Below the pieces are notes generated by a model. The model saw only the letters and a program-made list of their open reading frames with translations, had not been told where the DNA came from and made no database searches. From Oopsacas minuta (taxonomy: Eukaryota; Animalia; Porifera): a stretch of DNA of 44,888 bases. Numbering within the stretch: the stretch's first letter is position 1; each line of letters starts with the position of its first letter. Of the stretch, positions 11,863 to 21,893 are shown piece by piece. Made by a program: the position numbers and the translations under genes. The stretch covers positions 1 through 44,888 of the forward strand of contig JAKMXF010000058.1 in NCBI GenBank assembly GCA_024704765.1, given 5' to 3'.

Positions 11863-12369
11863 TTCAATCACTCACAATCCAATTATTCATTACTCTGTCT
11901 AATTTTACTAAGCATTCCTACATATACAGAAAGCATTTCTGCATTTCGCAGTATAACATGCGCCAAAATCGTAATATCCGATGTGATTTGGATGGAATTC
12001 AGGGATGGAAATTGTCAATACATTCGTAGTGTAGTTTTCTAGTATGTGGTTACACCCGAAGGATTGTGTGTAGAAAATACTGCTTTGGGGATTTCTAGGT
12101 TAGAGAAAAGTGTTGTTATCAGCTATTTGTCACTAAGACCAATATCATTATATCAGAAGTTTACTGTATAAAAATGTATAATTAACCTCATAAGTATGAA
12201 TTTTCCTGATAATTTCTAAATTTGACGATATTTCTCAATTTTTCGATTGTTAATCGAAAGACCTGTATATATCGCATAACTTTAGGCAATTGCGTATCAT
12301 ATTCAAGATTTTAACAGTTCCCGAAAATAGACAAACCATGTCTGACACAAGACTTATCATAACAGAATA

Positions 12370-13213
12370 CTGTGCCGGCCAAAAAGAATTGCTCAAAATG
12401 AATGTATACAGTATAGTAAATATCAAATTGTATACACTAACCAAATAGTTGAATTCTTGCGAAGACATACTCAGCCATATGTATTTTGGCAAGTAACACA
12501 CCAACACAGCTAATCCATTCAGTATAATTGCACAACTTACCGATTTTATTTTGTATTCTTTTTTCCAATTTATCCGTATTCATCGAATTTTCAATGCCTT
12601 CGAAACCCCGAATTTCCATTGAAAATCGAGCTAACCTGATACTACTTTCAGAAAGTGGCCATACTCAGAGGGAGGTAGCTAGAATGGTTGGGTGTAGCCA
12701 AGAAAGTGTAACCGAGATCATTAAGAAGCACAGGCTGACTGGCTCGGTAAGAGACTTCGCTATTTCGGGTAGGCTCGTGTCACAACCAAAAGGCAAGACA
12801 ATTTATTGTTCAGAAAATGCAAAAGGGATCGATTTAAGACTGCTACTCAGATCAAAGCTGAAGTGTTATCAGAATATTCGATAAAACTTTCCACTTCAAC
12901 AGTCCAGAGAAGGTTACGAGGGGCTGGACTGTTCGGACGAAAACCGCGACGAAAGCCCCACCTTACTACCAAGCACAAAAGAGACCGACTTTCCTTCGCA
13001 AGATCGCACAAGAATTGGAATCCTGAAGAATGGGCAAGAGTTGTGTTCAGTGACGAATCTAGGTTCCTTCTGTATACTAATGACGGGAGAGCCTACATCA
13101 GGAGGATGAAAGGGGAGGAGTTCTCAGAGAGGTGTCTTCAAAAAACTTGCAAATTTGGTGGAGGTGGCATCATGGTTTGGGGATGCTTTTTGCTGGAGTG
13201 GCGTAGGACTCTT
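12370..13213 (+). mobile_element. Tc1-like transposon, 3'-truncated, frameshifted transposase starting at ATG 12594
   Basis: Paired-like HTH (MPSKPRISIENRANLILLSESGHTQREVARMVGCSQ..TGSV..SGR), frameshift near 12777, then GLFGRKPRRKPHLT, W.PEEWARVVFSDESRF, GGGIMVWGCF; candidate left TIR TA|CTGTGCCGGCCAAAAAG at 12370; the catalytic C-terminal half and right TIR are absent. Confidence 0.85.
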
Positions 13214-14217
13214 GTGAACGCAGTGCCTGTTATTTTCCAAGCAGGCCCATCATATTTGAATACAACTGGCCAAATAGCAAAGCGTTTAAATCTTGAATCT
13301 AAGGAAGAGGAAAACTTTGCTAAAGCTCTTCACGATAGCATTATACAAGATCAACAAGATTCATTACAGTTCGGTTTGAGGAATTTTGAGGATCTTAAAA
13401 TTAAGTTGCCAGAGTTACACCTTAACCAAGATTGGACGACCTGGTACTTCTCTAGTAATACCTTAGAGATCATACACCTGGAATTCGCCAATCAGTCTCC
13501 ACATATTCTATCTACTTTATCAATTCATTCAGATTTAACAGTTTCAGTTGTTGCCAACACCAAGTTCCTTTGAGTCTCAGTAGATTAACCGATATACGAC
13601 AAATTGAAATCTTAATTGGTGATATTCTAAACTACACTAATCCTGAATTATTTGAATCCAGTTTTGTTCTAGAAAATATTCTCTCAAATATATCTTGCGA
13701 TAAGTATGCTGAATTGTTACATGATCTAAATTCTATTGACCTCGACCTTCATGTTCTCAAATCAATTGTACTTATTGGTGGTTACGCTGTACACTCTTAT
13801 CTTAAAACTGTCACTTGCCATCTTTGTAGTCAGCACCTAACTGAGAACCAAGATATTGAGATTACAGACACTATTAAATATGACCTTATAAGGTATATTG
13901 ATTGTAGTTCTCTGAAATGACCTTCAGAAATAGTAATTGAATCAATTGTTGTATTATGGAAAATGTTTATCAAGATTGATGAGAATGAAACTCTTAGGAA
14001 ACACTTCTATTCCTCGCCATCAAGATGGGTATTAATTCAGCTGACTGAAAATATGTTGGTTGATAATTTTAGCCAGCATTGGAGAGATAATTGTAAGGGC
14101 TGTGGTATTTCTGGTTAGACTATCCGTAGGAAGATCCTTAGTGCATGTACTAATTGCATACTAGCTAATAAAGTTCGCAATGTCAACTCTGAAATCACAT
14201 CTAATAAGAATGATTGA
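13214..14217 (+). pseudogene. THAP/P-element-like transposase remnant, internally deleted
   Basis: NAVPVIF resembles the THAP AVPTIF box; the downstream IVLIGGYAVHSYLKTVTCHLCSQHL...DLIRYIDCSSLK*PS resembles the P/THAP9 C-terminal YIAGY..CxxC..GGLxxPS region; several in-frame stops; catalytic core missing. Confidence 0.65.
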
Positions 14218-14266
14218 AGAAATTTAGATCTAGTTAGAAGATATATTAGTTCCTGCGACTAAATCA

Positions 14267-17200
14267 CACAGTGTGGCAATATGGGGAAATAGGCATATTT
14301 TAAAAAACATATTTCAATGCATTTTTCGAATTCTCCATAGTTCAATTAGTACGAAAATATCATTGGCAGCATTAGAAGCAGTTAGGAATCCTAACTACGC
14401 ACAACTTTGTTATGTGTTTCTAATAATAGAAATATATATTTTCAAACCGCAAATTCCTATGCCCTAATGTATGTAATCATATTTGATGTAAATACTAAAT
14501 ATAAGAGTGAAAAACATCTTCTGATAATAAATCTATATTGTAACAACAATTTAATCATTGATAGGTTAGTCTAGATATTCATTTGTACTTTTTTCCGGGT
14601 GTCTAGTTTGGCCCTCCCAAAGTTATAATTTGGAATTTTTTCTCATTGATTGAAGTGTAGCATCTCTTGTTTGACAAAATTTGACAAAACGTTATTAATA
14701 TATAAGTGATGTTACTATATTTAGTCAACTATTTAATCACTTTCCAGGCTTGCCAAAAGCTGCCCAAAAATTTATCACGTCATTCATTGTCCGGACCGGA
14801 CAAAAATCCGAAAAATATATTTTTCATACGTTTTAAATTTTTTCAGTAAAATTCTATATTTTGCTGGTTATTAGTTATTCCAATACTCTACAATCATATA
14901 TCATAATGTTTCTATGTTAAAGTAGCCCTTTTGCGGATCATGTCTGTACTAATCACCAACAATGAGGCATATAGTTTGTATATTTCGAATGGAAGAAGTG
15001 TTACAGTCTCTGTTAGGAAACTTATTGAGAACAACCATTTATCCGAAGAAGAAACTGCTACTCTTCATTTAAAATTTAAATCACTTCTAACATCCAGAGA
15101 GGCTTACCGCAGGAAGGATCTTGAAACATGGGATAATATGATTTTCCACTCTACTCATCTAACAATATCCAATCCAAGAAAGAGAATATCGCTTGATCCT
15201 GAATTTTCTTTAGTCACTGATTCTGAAAATCGAAACTTTTCAGAACAGATTGTAACTGAATCCCGGAAGCATATTCTCGAATGTCACATGAAGACTTCCA
15301 GATCGAGACTTGGTGTTTTTTTAGAGCATGTGGACTTTTTAGCAGAGAGAGAAAAGATTGAGCCTAAACAACTACTCGCTCTAGCTTTAGAATTAGTCTC
15401 AAATAAATCCTATGACCGTGATACTTCAGACATGTGCAGAGAAATAATTGATAAGGGATCTTTTAGCGGTGTATTGAACAAAGTACAAATCTCTAAATGT
15501 GCTTATATATTGGACAGATTAGAAATTGGGGCGAGTAAATACACGAATCTGAAAAGAATTCTCAAAGGTGATGTTAAGCTTCCTTCCTATAAACTTGTCT
15601 CGCAATATCGTAGGGAAATAAGCCTAATAAATGAAATGGAAATAGTCAGAGACCCCGAAGCATTGTCAATTGGGACTTGCGTCTCTTATCATTCCATCCT
15701 TAGTCTGACCATTCAACGCTTGCTTTCAACATTAGACCCAGTTCCTGATTCACACTACCCACTCAAAATTAAGATATCTGATGGATTGGATGGCTCCGGT
15801 TGTCATCAAACCTATAACCAACAAAGCAACAATTCTGCATTAAGCACAAAAACTTTCATTTTGTTCGGATTCAAAGTAATATCAATTACAGACACACTTG
15901 GAAATGACGTGTTCTATAACAGCTCACCCAACTCTCCGTTCTGCTTTAGGCCAGTAGCACTGATAGCTCTGAAAGAAGATTATTCTAGTGTAAAGCTTAT
16001 CATGAATACAATAGTCAATCCTCAAACAGACCATATCATACAGGATGGGTTATCTCTTATTGGAGGCCATGCACAGGTCGAGATAGTCCGTTCCCTTTTT
16101 GATACCAAGATGGCAGGATTGCTGGATGGAGCTGGTGGGGCTTCTTGTCATCTGTGTACTGCAACGGATAGCCAAATTAAAAGTTTAGAATGGGCCCATT
16201 CTGGTTTCCCTATTAACAGACTAATTAGCGACGCTCGGCAACTTTTTGAAGAGGTTGATGAAGAAGATTACTTGAAACTCCCATCAAATCAACGTGTTGG
16301 TATTACGCATCAACCAACTTCTAACATCGATATTATAGCTGCATCTCCTTTGCATGCTTACCTTTGTGTATTCAGGTGGTTCATGCTGTTGATATACCAT
16401 CTTGATGCAGGACACAAGGTATGGGCGCCATCAAACTCGAAAGTAAATTTTTCCATGAAACGGGTTCGAGCTATACTCCAGGAAAGATGTAATTTCAGTG
16501 TCGATATCCCTTCAAGCCAGGGCGGCACTTCAACCACTGGTAACATTGCGCGAGACTGCTTTTTAAATAAGAGAGACTTTTTGACGTGGGCCACTTCTTC
16601 CATTAATCCTTCAGATAAAATATCATTAGAGAAGATCCAGACAAATCTATCTGTTTTGTTAAGACTCCTCAACAGTGGTGACTTGATTAACTGTGACAAA
16701 ATGCAAGAATTGTGCAAAGAAACGTACGAATTTATTCTAATTGAGTACCCATGGGCAAGCATCACTCCATCTTTGCACAAGTTACTTGCCCATTCGTTTC
16801 AGTTAATAGGTGCTTATAATAATGGTAAGGGATTACAGAATCTCTCTGAGGAATGTTTAGAATCCTGCAATAAATTTGTAAGGCGGTATCGGGAGAATCT
16901 TGCAAGAAAAACTTCTTTCACTGATAATGTTAGAGATATTTTAGTCAGGTTGTTATGTTGTAGTGACCCCATCTTAGTACAGAATCGTTTGATGCACGCA
17001 AAGAAGAAAAGAGACGTTGCAAATGGCCTCCAAGAGATATTATATAATAGTATACTATCAGATGATTTATGATAATAAGTATATCCAATAGTCATACATA
17101 ATTAAGGGTCTTTAAATTGTACGTTATCAAATAGCAGAATAGAGACCATGACATGCATGTATTATCAACTTTCATAATATCCTCACTAATGAACCACAAG

Positions 17201-17378
17201 TGTTAAAAATTAGAAAATGTCAGTAATTACGTCATAACTAGGTTTATAGTCGTGCTACTAAATAATCATTGGTATTTTTGAAATCTACAGTGTCGATTTA
17301 GTATATGTAAGTATAATTGTGGCGATAATACAGATTCATTTACCTATTTCCCCATTATGGCCATTTTGCCACACTGTG
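14267..17378 (+). mobile_element. Transib / RAG1-like DNA transposon, apparently full length (3112 bp)
   Basis: Left end CACAGTGTGGCAATATGGGGAAATAGG at 14267. Right end read inward: CACAGTGTGGCAAAATGGCCATAATGGGGAAATAGG, ending at 17378. Flanking 5-mers AATCA / AATTG; single long transposase ORF inside. Confidence 0.9.
14940..17072 (+). CDS. Transib/RAG1-core-like DDE transposase, 710 aa from the first ATG
   Basis: Motifs in RAG1-core order: KISDGLDGSG (first Asp), SLFDTK (equivalent to RAG1 GYDEK), CHLC (Zn, RAG1 CTLC), SPLHAYL (RAG1 DALH), ITPSLHKLLAH (RAG1 ITNYFHKTLAH), LSEECLESCNKFVRRYR (RAG1 ASEGNESGNKLFRRFR), ARKTS..N..D...RLL..SDP (Transib-type tail). No stops. Confidence 0.9.
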   Translation: MSVLITNNEAYSLYISNGRSVTVSVRKLIENNHLSEEETATLHLKFKSLLTSREAYRRKDLETWDNMIFHSTHLTISNPRKRISLDPEFSLVTDSENRNFSEQIVTESRKHILECHMKTSRSRLGVFLEHVDFLAEREKIEPKQLLALALELVSNKSYDRDTSDMCREIIDKGSFSGVLNKVQISKCAYILDRLEIGASKYTNLKRILKGDVKLPSYKLVSQYRREISLINEMEIVRDPEALSIGTCVSYHSILSLTIQRLLSTLDPVPDSHYPLKIKISDGLDGSGCHQTYNQQSNNSALSTKTFILFGFKVISITDTLGNDVFYNSSPNSPFCFRPVALIALKEDYSSVKLIMNTIVNPQTDHIIQDGLSLIGGHAQVEIVRSLFDTKMAGLLDGAGGASCHLCTATDSQIKSLEWAHSGFPINRLISDARQLFEEVDEEDYLKLPSNQRVGITHQPTSNIDIIAASPLHAYLCVFRWFMLLIYHLDAGHKVWAPSNSKVNFSMKRVRAILQERCNFSVDIPSSQGGTSTTGNIARDCFLNKRDFLTWATSSINPSDKISLEKIQTNLSVLLRLLNSGDLINCDKMQELCKETYEFILIEYPWASITPSLHKLLAHSFQLIGAYNNGKGLQNLSEECLESCNKFVRRYRENLARKTSFTDNVRDILVRLLCCSDPILVQNRLMHAKKKRDVANGLQEILYNSILSDDL

Positions 17379-17492
17379 AATTGTTTACTTCATACACCTA
17401 AAACAACAAATATTCACAATACATAGTTGACATAGTTGAAAACTACATATCTGTTGAGAGTATAATTCGAGATTTCAACTATTTGTTTACTA

Positions 17493-17932
17493 CAGCCGAC
17501 TCCGGTTAATCGGACCATTTTCTCCTGGACGCAATCTAATCCAGGATTAATATTTAACATTTATCGGTTAATCGGACCATTATTTTTTTTGAAGTCAATA
17601 TATTCATCAAAAAAATTTGATTAAGTTTGTATATAATTTAGGTTATATTATTATTTTATGGCCCAAAGAACTGATTTGACACTTGCACAAAAGATTAAAT
17701 TACTAGACGAAGTTGCATTACAGCCTCCAGGTATAAGTCAGCGGCAACGTGCTGAATTATTATCTATACCAAGGACTTAAGCAACAATCAATTACTTCTT
17801 TTTTCAATTAGCAATAGGATTACCATTGACTAGAAATATTTATCTAGCAATAAATTATTGATAATAAGATTTTTCGGTTAATCGGACCACTTTACACATG
17901 ACAAAAGTGGTCCGATTAACCGGAGTCGACTG
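17493..17932 (+). mobile_element. pogo/Tigger-like internal deletion derivative (440 bp)
   Basis: TIRs CAGCCGACTCCGGTTAATCGGACC / GGTCCGATTAACCGGAGTCGACTG flanked by TA; internal CGGTTAATCGGACCA copies; mini-ORF 17658-17780 MAQRTDLTLAQKIKLLDEVALQPPGISQRQRAELLSIPRT (psq/CENP-B-type HTH); empty-site paralog near 34290-34330. Confidence 0.85.
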
Positions 17933-18057
17933 TATATATTCATAAAAACAACAATAAATTTACATATCAGATACTTGAAAATGGGAAATTCGGGCACAGC
18001 GTACTGTGTTAACCTGTTTAGGGAAATCTTTTATTTATATTTTGAAATTTGGCGAAT

Positions 18058-18117
18058 TTGTTTACTATATTTGTTTACTATATTGTTTACTATATTTGTT
18101 TACTATATTGTTTATTA
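18058..18117. repeat. 12-13 bp tandem repeat (TTGTTTACTATAT)n
   Basis: About 4.5 imperfect units visible. Confidence 0.85.
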
Positions 18118-18895
18118 TAAAAACAAGTAAATTTACTTTGACAAATTCAAAAGTGTGAGAATGTGATTCTGTAAATTCGATATAATCCAAACAGACAGAC
18201 AACAATTGGGATTTTAAAATATAGATTATATCTTAGCCAATTTTTCAGTTAACTTGAAATTTATTGGGTAGCTTAATCTTGGTTGGGCTTTTCTCTCATT
18301 CAATAATTAGTGTCGATCATATCTCAATATGGCACAATGACACACAAATTCTGTATTCCCTTATCAAGATTTTGTATCACAAATTTTGTAATATATCATT
18401 GTATCTTTCTATACAATAATAATACATTTTCAATGTCTTGCATTAGAGAATACGGGCGATCAAGAAGTATACTATGTATACTGTATTCTGTCTACGCTAA
18501 TAACATCGTAGAACGAAGTAGAAAGTCTGTATTTAAGAAGTCCGTGACATTCATGAGGTAAAATTCTCGGAATATTACCATATGGAATAACAATGATCAG
18601 TAGTTGACAGCTGGGATCAATTTCAGGATTGATCTGACAGGATACCGGATATATTATCGAAAGGAGTTATTTCGGCGAACACACTCTAGTGGCAAAATCT
18701 CATGAGTCCTAATAAACATACCTGCACTATCTGAATGAGGCAACTAACCATTTTTGAGACATTATGCCACCTGTATACAAATTCTGAAATCAAACATTCT
18801 ATACACCCACATGTGTATACATCTCCTGCTACTATAGTATTATACAATCTTAGCTCATTTCAGGTATACTAACTCTTTCTATCAATTTAGCAACT

Positions 18896-19747
18896 ATGGC
18901 CGCAGCTATTACTATTGAAACAGAGAAAGTGAAAACTGGAATTGATTACACTAGGAAGATACAACCTCTAGTGAGTATTGGTAAGAGAGAAAATGGACTT
19001 ACTGAACTCCAATGGCCAGAAAGTGTCACAGTAGATGACAAAACTGGAGATATATATATCGTGGATTGTTTTAATGACTGTGTAAAAGTATTTGACAGCA
19101 CTGCTAAGTATATGTTCAAATTTGGTGACATAGGAGGTGAAGGAAAGATGTCCTATCCAAGAAGCTTAGTTATTTATAAGAGTAGGATTCTAATTACTCA
19201 TGAACACGGTATACTGAAGTATAATCTTGATGGTGAATTTATTTCTAGAATTGGCAAACAGGGAAAAGGAAAATTAGAATTCGACTATCCTGGTGGTTTA
19301 GCAATCAATGAATCTAATGATGACATTTACATTTGTGATTCTATTAACAATCGAGTTCAAATACTCTCACAAGATTTCCAATTCAAATCACAATTTGATT
19401 CATTCACATTCCCTCATGATGTTAAACTATCTAAAGAATACGTTTATGTGTTAGATGGATCTAATCCTTGTATCCATCTATTCAATCATAACCACATACT
19501 CCTGAAGAGTGTAATTTCGCTAGAACAAGGAAATCAAATCATTAATCCCAAATCATTCTTTATTGACAATTCTAACAACATTCTAATTGCTGATCAGGAT
19601 TCTAATTCTATTTTTATCTTCAATCCTGAATTCCAATCAATTCATAATATTCCAGTCTCTGAGGATCCAACAGCAGTAACAGTAGACAATCATGATAGAG
19701 TTATTTTGGTGTGTACTCGTGCTGTGAACTGTCTACAGATATTTTGA
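18896..19747 (+). CDS. NHL-repeat beta-propeller protein, 283 aa (subfamily B, MAxAIxIE N-terminus)
   Basis: Intact ORF with NHL motifs; ends CLQIF. Confidence 0.9.
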   Translation: MAAAITIETEKVKTGIDYTRKIQPLVSIGKRENGLTELQWPESVTVDDKTGDIYIVDCFNDCVKVFDSTAKYMFKFGDIGGEGKMSYPRSLVIYKSRILITHEHGILKYNLDGEFISRIGKQGKGKLEFDYPGGLAINESNDDIYICDSINNRVQILSQDFQFKSQFDSFTFPHDVKLSKEYVYVLDGSNPCIHLFNHNHILLKSVISLEQGNQIINPKSFFIDNSNNILIADQDSNSIFIFNPEFQSIHNIPVSEDPTAVTVDNHDRVILVCTRAVNCLQIF

Positions 19748-20024
19748 TTTACAACTCTTCCTATTTGGTTTATTTCCATATTTCATTTTATTGTATTCCC
19801 TTTCTTGTCATAGCGTCTTCACGTATATCTTTGCATTATAGTTATTCTTGATTAGTTTACTATTTCCTGTTTTGTAGCTTGTGTATTGTTTATTCTTTTA
19901 CTTGTTCACCAAGAATTCTCAAAAATATTTTCTATATCCCACTTTCGTAATATCGAAAGGATATTTAACGTATCTAATATCAGGAAATTTCCACAATTTC
20001 TTATCGTATAGGAGATTTTAACAC

Positions 20025-20088
20025 AAGTTTGTATCAGATAAGTTTCGGCAAAACCGATATTTGCCGAAAATTATCTGATACAAAACTT
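20025..20088. repeat. About 28-bp stem mini-foldback
   Basis: AAGTTTGTATCAGATAAGTTTCGGCAAA, loop ACCGATA, TTTGCCGAAAATTATCTGATACAAAACTT. Confidence 0.85.
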
Positions 20089-20850
20089 ATAATAACAGAA
20101 TATGTACAAGAGAAGACAGTAGTATCACATTACTATATGTATATCAGTAATTATATAACTTGATGATATTCTGATTTTATATATTTCTGTTACTTTTATT
20201 CTATTTTATTCTACTAAAGATATTTCTAAATATTTATTGTCTTAATTCAAGCTTTTAGGTGAGTAGTTTCATTATACTAACTGTTGCTGTTCAATTTTCA
20301 CCCAAAGTGTTCGCAAGGAAGAACAGTTTGTTATTCGCGATGACTTAATTTTTCTACTATCAGTTAACGACTCATGTAATACTAATACGTAATTTCCAAT
20401 CTATTTATCTAATCATGGCCTATTATAATCCTCAACAACCCTAATTGTGCTATATTACATACTTCGAAGGCCTTTCAATTGACAAGTTTCAAAGCAATGT
20501 ACTCCTAGAGCCTATAGTATTGTTTTATTCCATTTCGCTAATCATAACGATATATTTTCAATTGGGACTGTGCTGTTCGGATTAGCGAGGTTATAATGCA
20601 CTGACCTTCCCAAAGGATGACATCTAGTCACACTGCTAGCACCCCATGTAACAAGTTCACTGTGAATTATGACAAACCCAAATGAGAAACGTTTAACCAG
20701 TTACAAGAACCTGTGAAATATTCGTACTTTACATTTAACTGTTATACCATTTTCATCGACTATTATAATTTTGTCGTATATGTCCATGAGCTACATGTAT
20801 GTCTACTGACTATTTGTATTAATTCATACTCATATGAATATTTAGCGATA

Positions 20851-21420
20851 ATGGCCACATCTAATCCTATTGGACTAGAACCTGTTGAGGATAACTTTGA
20901 GAGAGTAAGAACTGAAATTGATTACAAGAGTAAGATATAACCTCTAGTGAGTAGAATTCAACAATCCCTGTGGTTTAGCAATCAAAGAATCTAATGATGA
21001 TGTTTATACTTGTGATTATCATAATAATCGAGTTCAAATACTCTCACAAGATTTCTAATCCAAATCACAATTTGGTTCATTCACACGCCCTCTTGATGTT
21101 AAACTATCTAAAGAATACATTTATGTGTTAGATGAATCTAATCCTTGTATCCATCTATTCAATCATAACCACATACTCCTGAAGAGTGTAATTTCACGAG
21201 GACGAGGAATTCAAGTAATCCTGACTCATTCTTTATTGACAATTCTAACAACATTCTAATTGCTGATCATGATTATAATTTTATTTTTATCTTCAATCCT
21301 GAATTCCAATCAATTCACAAGATTCCAGTCTCTGAGCATCCAACATCAGTAACAGTAGACAATCATGATAGAGTTATAGTAGTGTGTGAGCATACCGTGA
21401 ACTGTCTACAGATATTTTGA
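20851..21420 (+). pseudogene. NHL pseudogene (subfamily A)
   Basis: MATSNPIGLEPVEDN start; TAA at 20938; about 300-bp deletion at about 20952 relative to the 40313 copy; further stop near 21057 and a small deletion; intact CEHTVNCLQIF* end. Confidence 0.9.
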
Positions 21421-21893
21421 TGTACAACTCTATCTATGTGTGTATTTCTGTATTTCCTTTTCTTTTCTTCCCTCTGTTAATTCTACGTATTTACTCATTC
21501 CATTTTTCCTTTTTATCATTTGAATAATTTCTTAGCTTATTTATCCATTTCTTGTTCCATTACTATTTGTTAATTATTTTATTTCTTCAATTATACTTTT
21601 CTCATTTCATCTTCATGTGTTTTTGTTGGGTCTTTCTCCTAATTTTTACACTTTTATGTTTATGACCTCTGTTACCTAAATATTCATTTGTTTCACTTCT
21701 ATCTGAACATTCATGAGTGTGGAACTTCATTGTAATTTTCCCATTCTTTTGTAGCTGCTTAATTGCAGGAGTTCATAGCTTGATAGTGTGGTAGTAAGTT
21801 TGTTACCACACAGGATGATTATTTAGGGCGCACAAACTTATTTGATGTTTCACTTACAATTTACGATTGTTTGGTGGCCTTGTCTCAGTTTTA

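Noticed and set aside
14301-14309. Nonamer-like TAAAAAACA 27 nt from the left Transib heptamer (ProtoRAG-like spacing)
   Set aside because: Only 6/9 match to ACAAAAACC, no counterpart at the right end, and A-runs are common at this AT content.
16358-17095. Antisense ORFs of 140 aa and 93 aa inside the Transib as a candidate RAG2-like gene
   Set aside because: They fully overlap the transposase on the opposite strand and show no kelch or PHD features; shadow ORFs.
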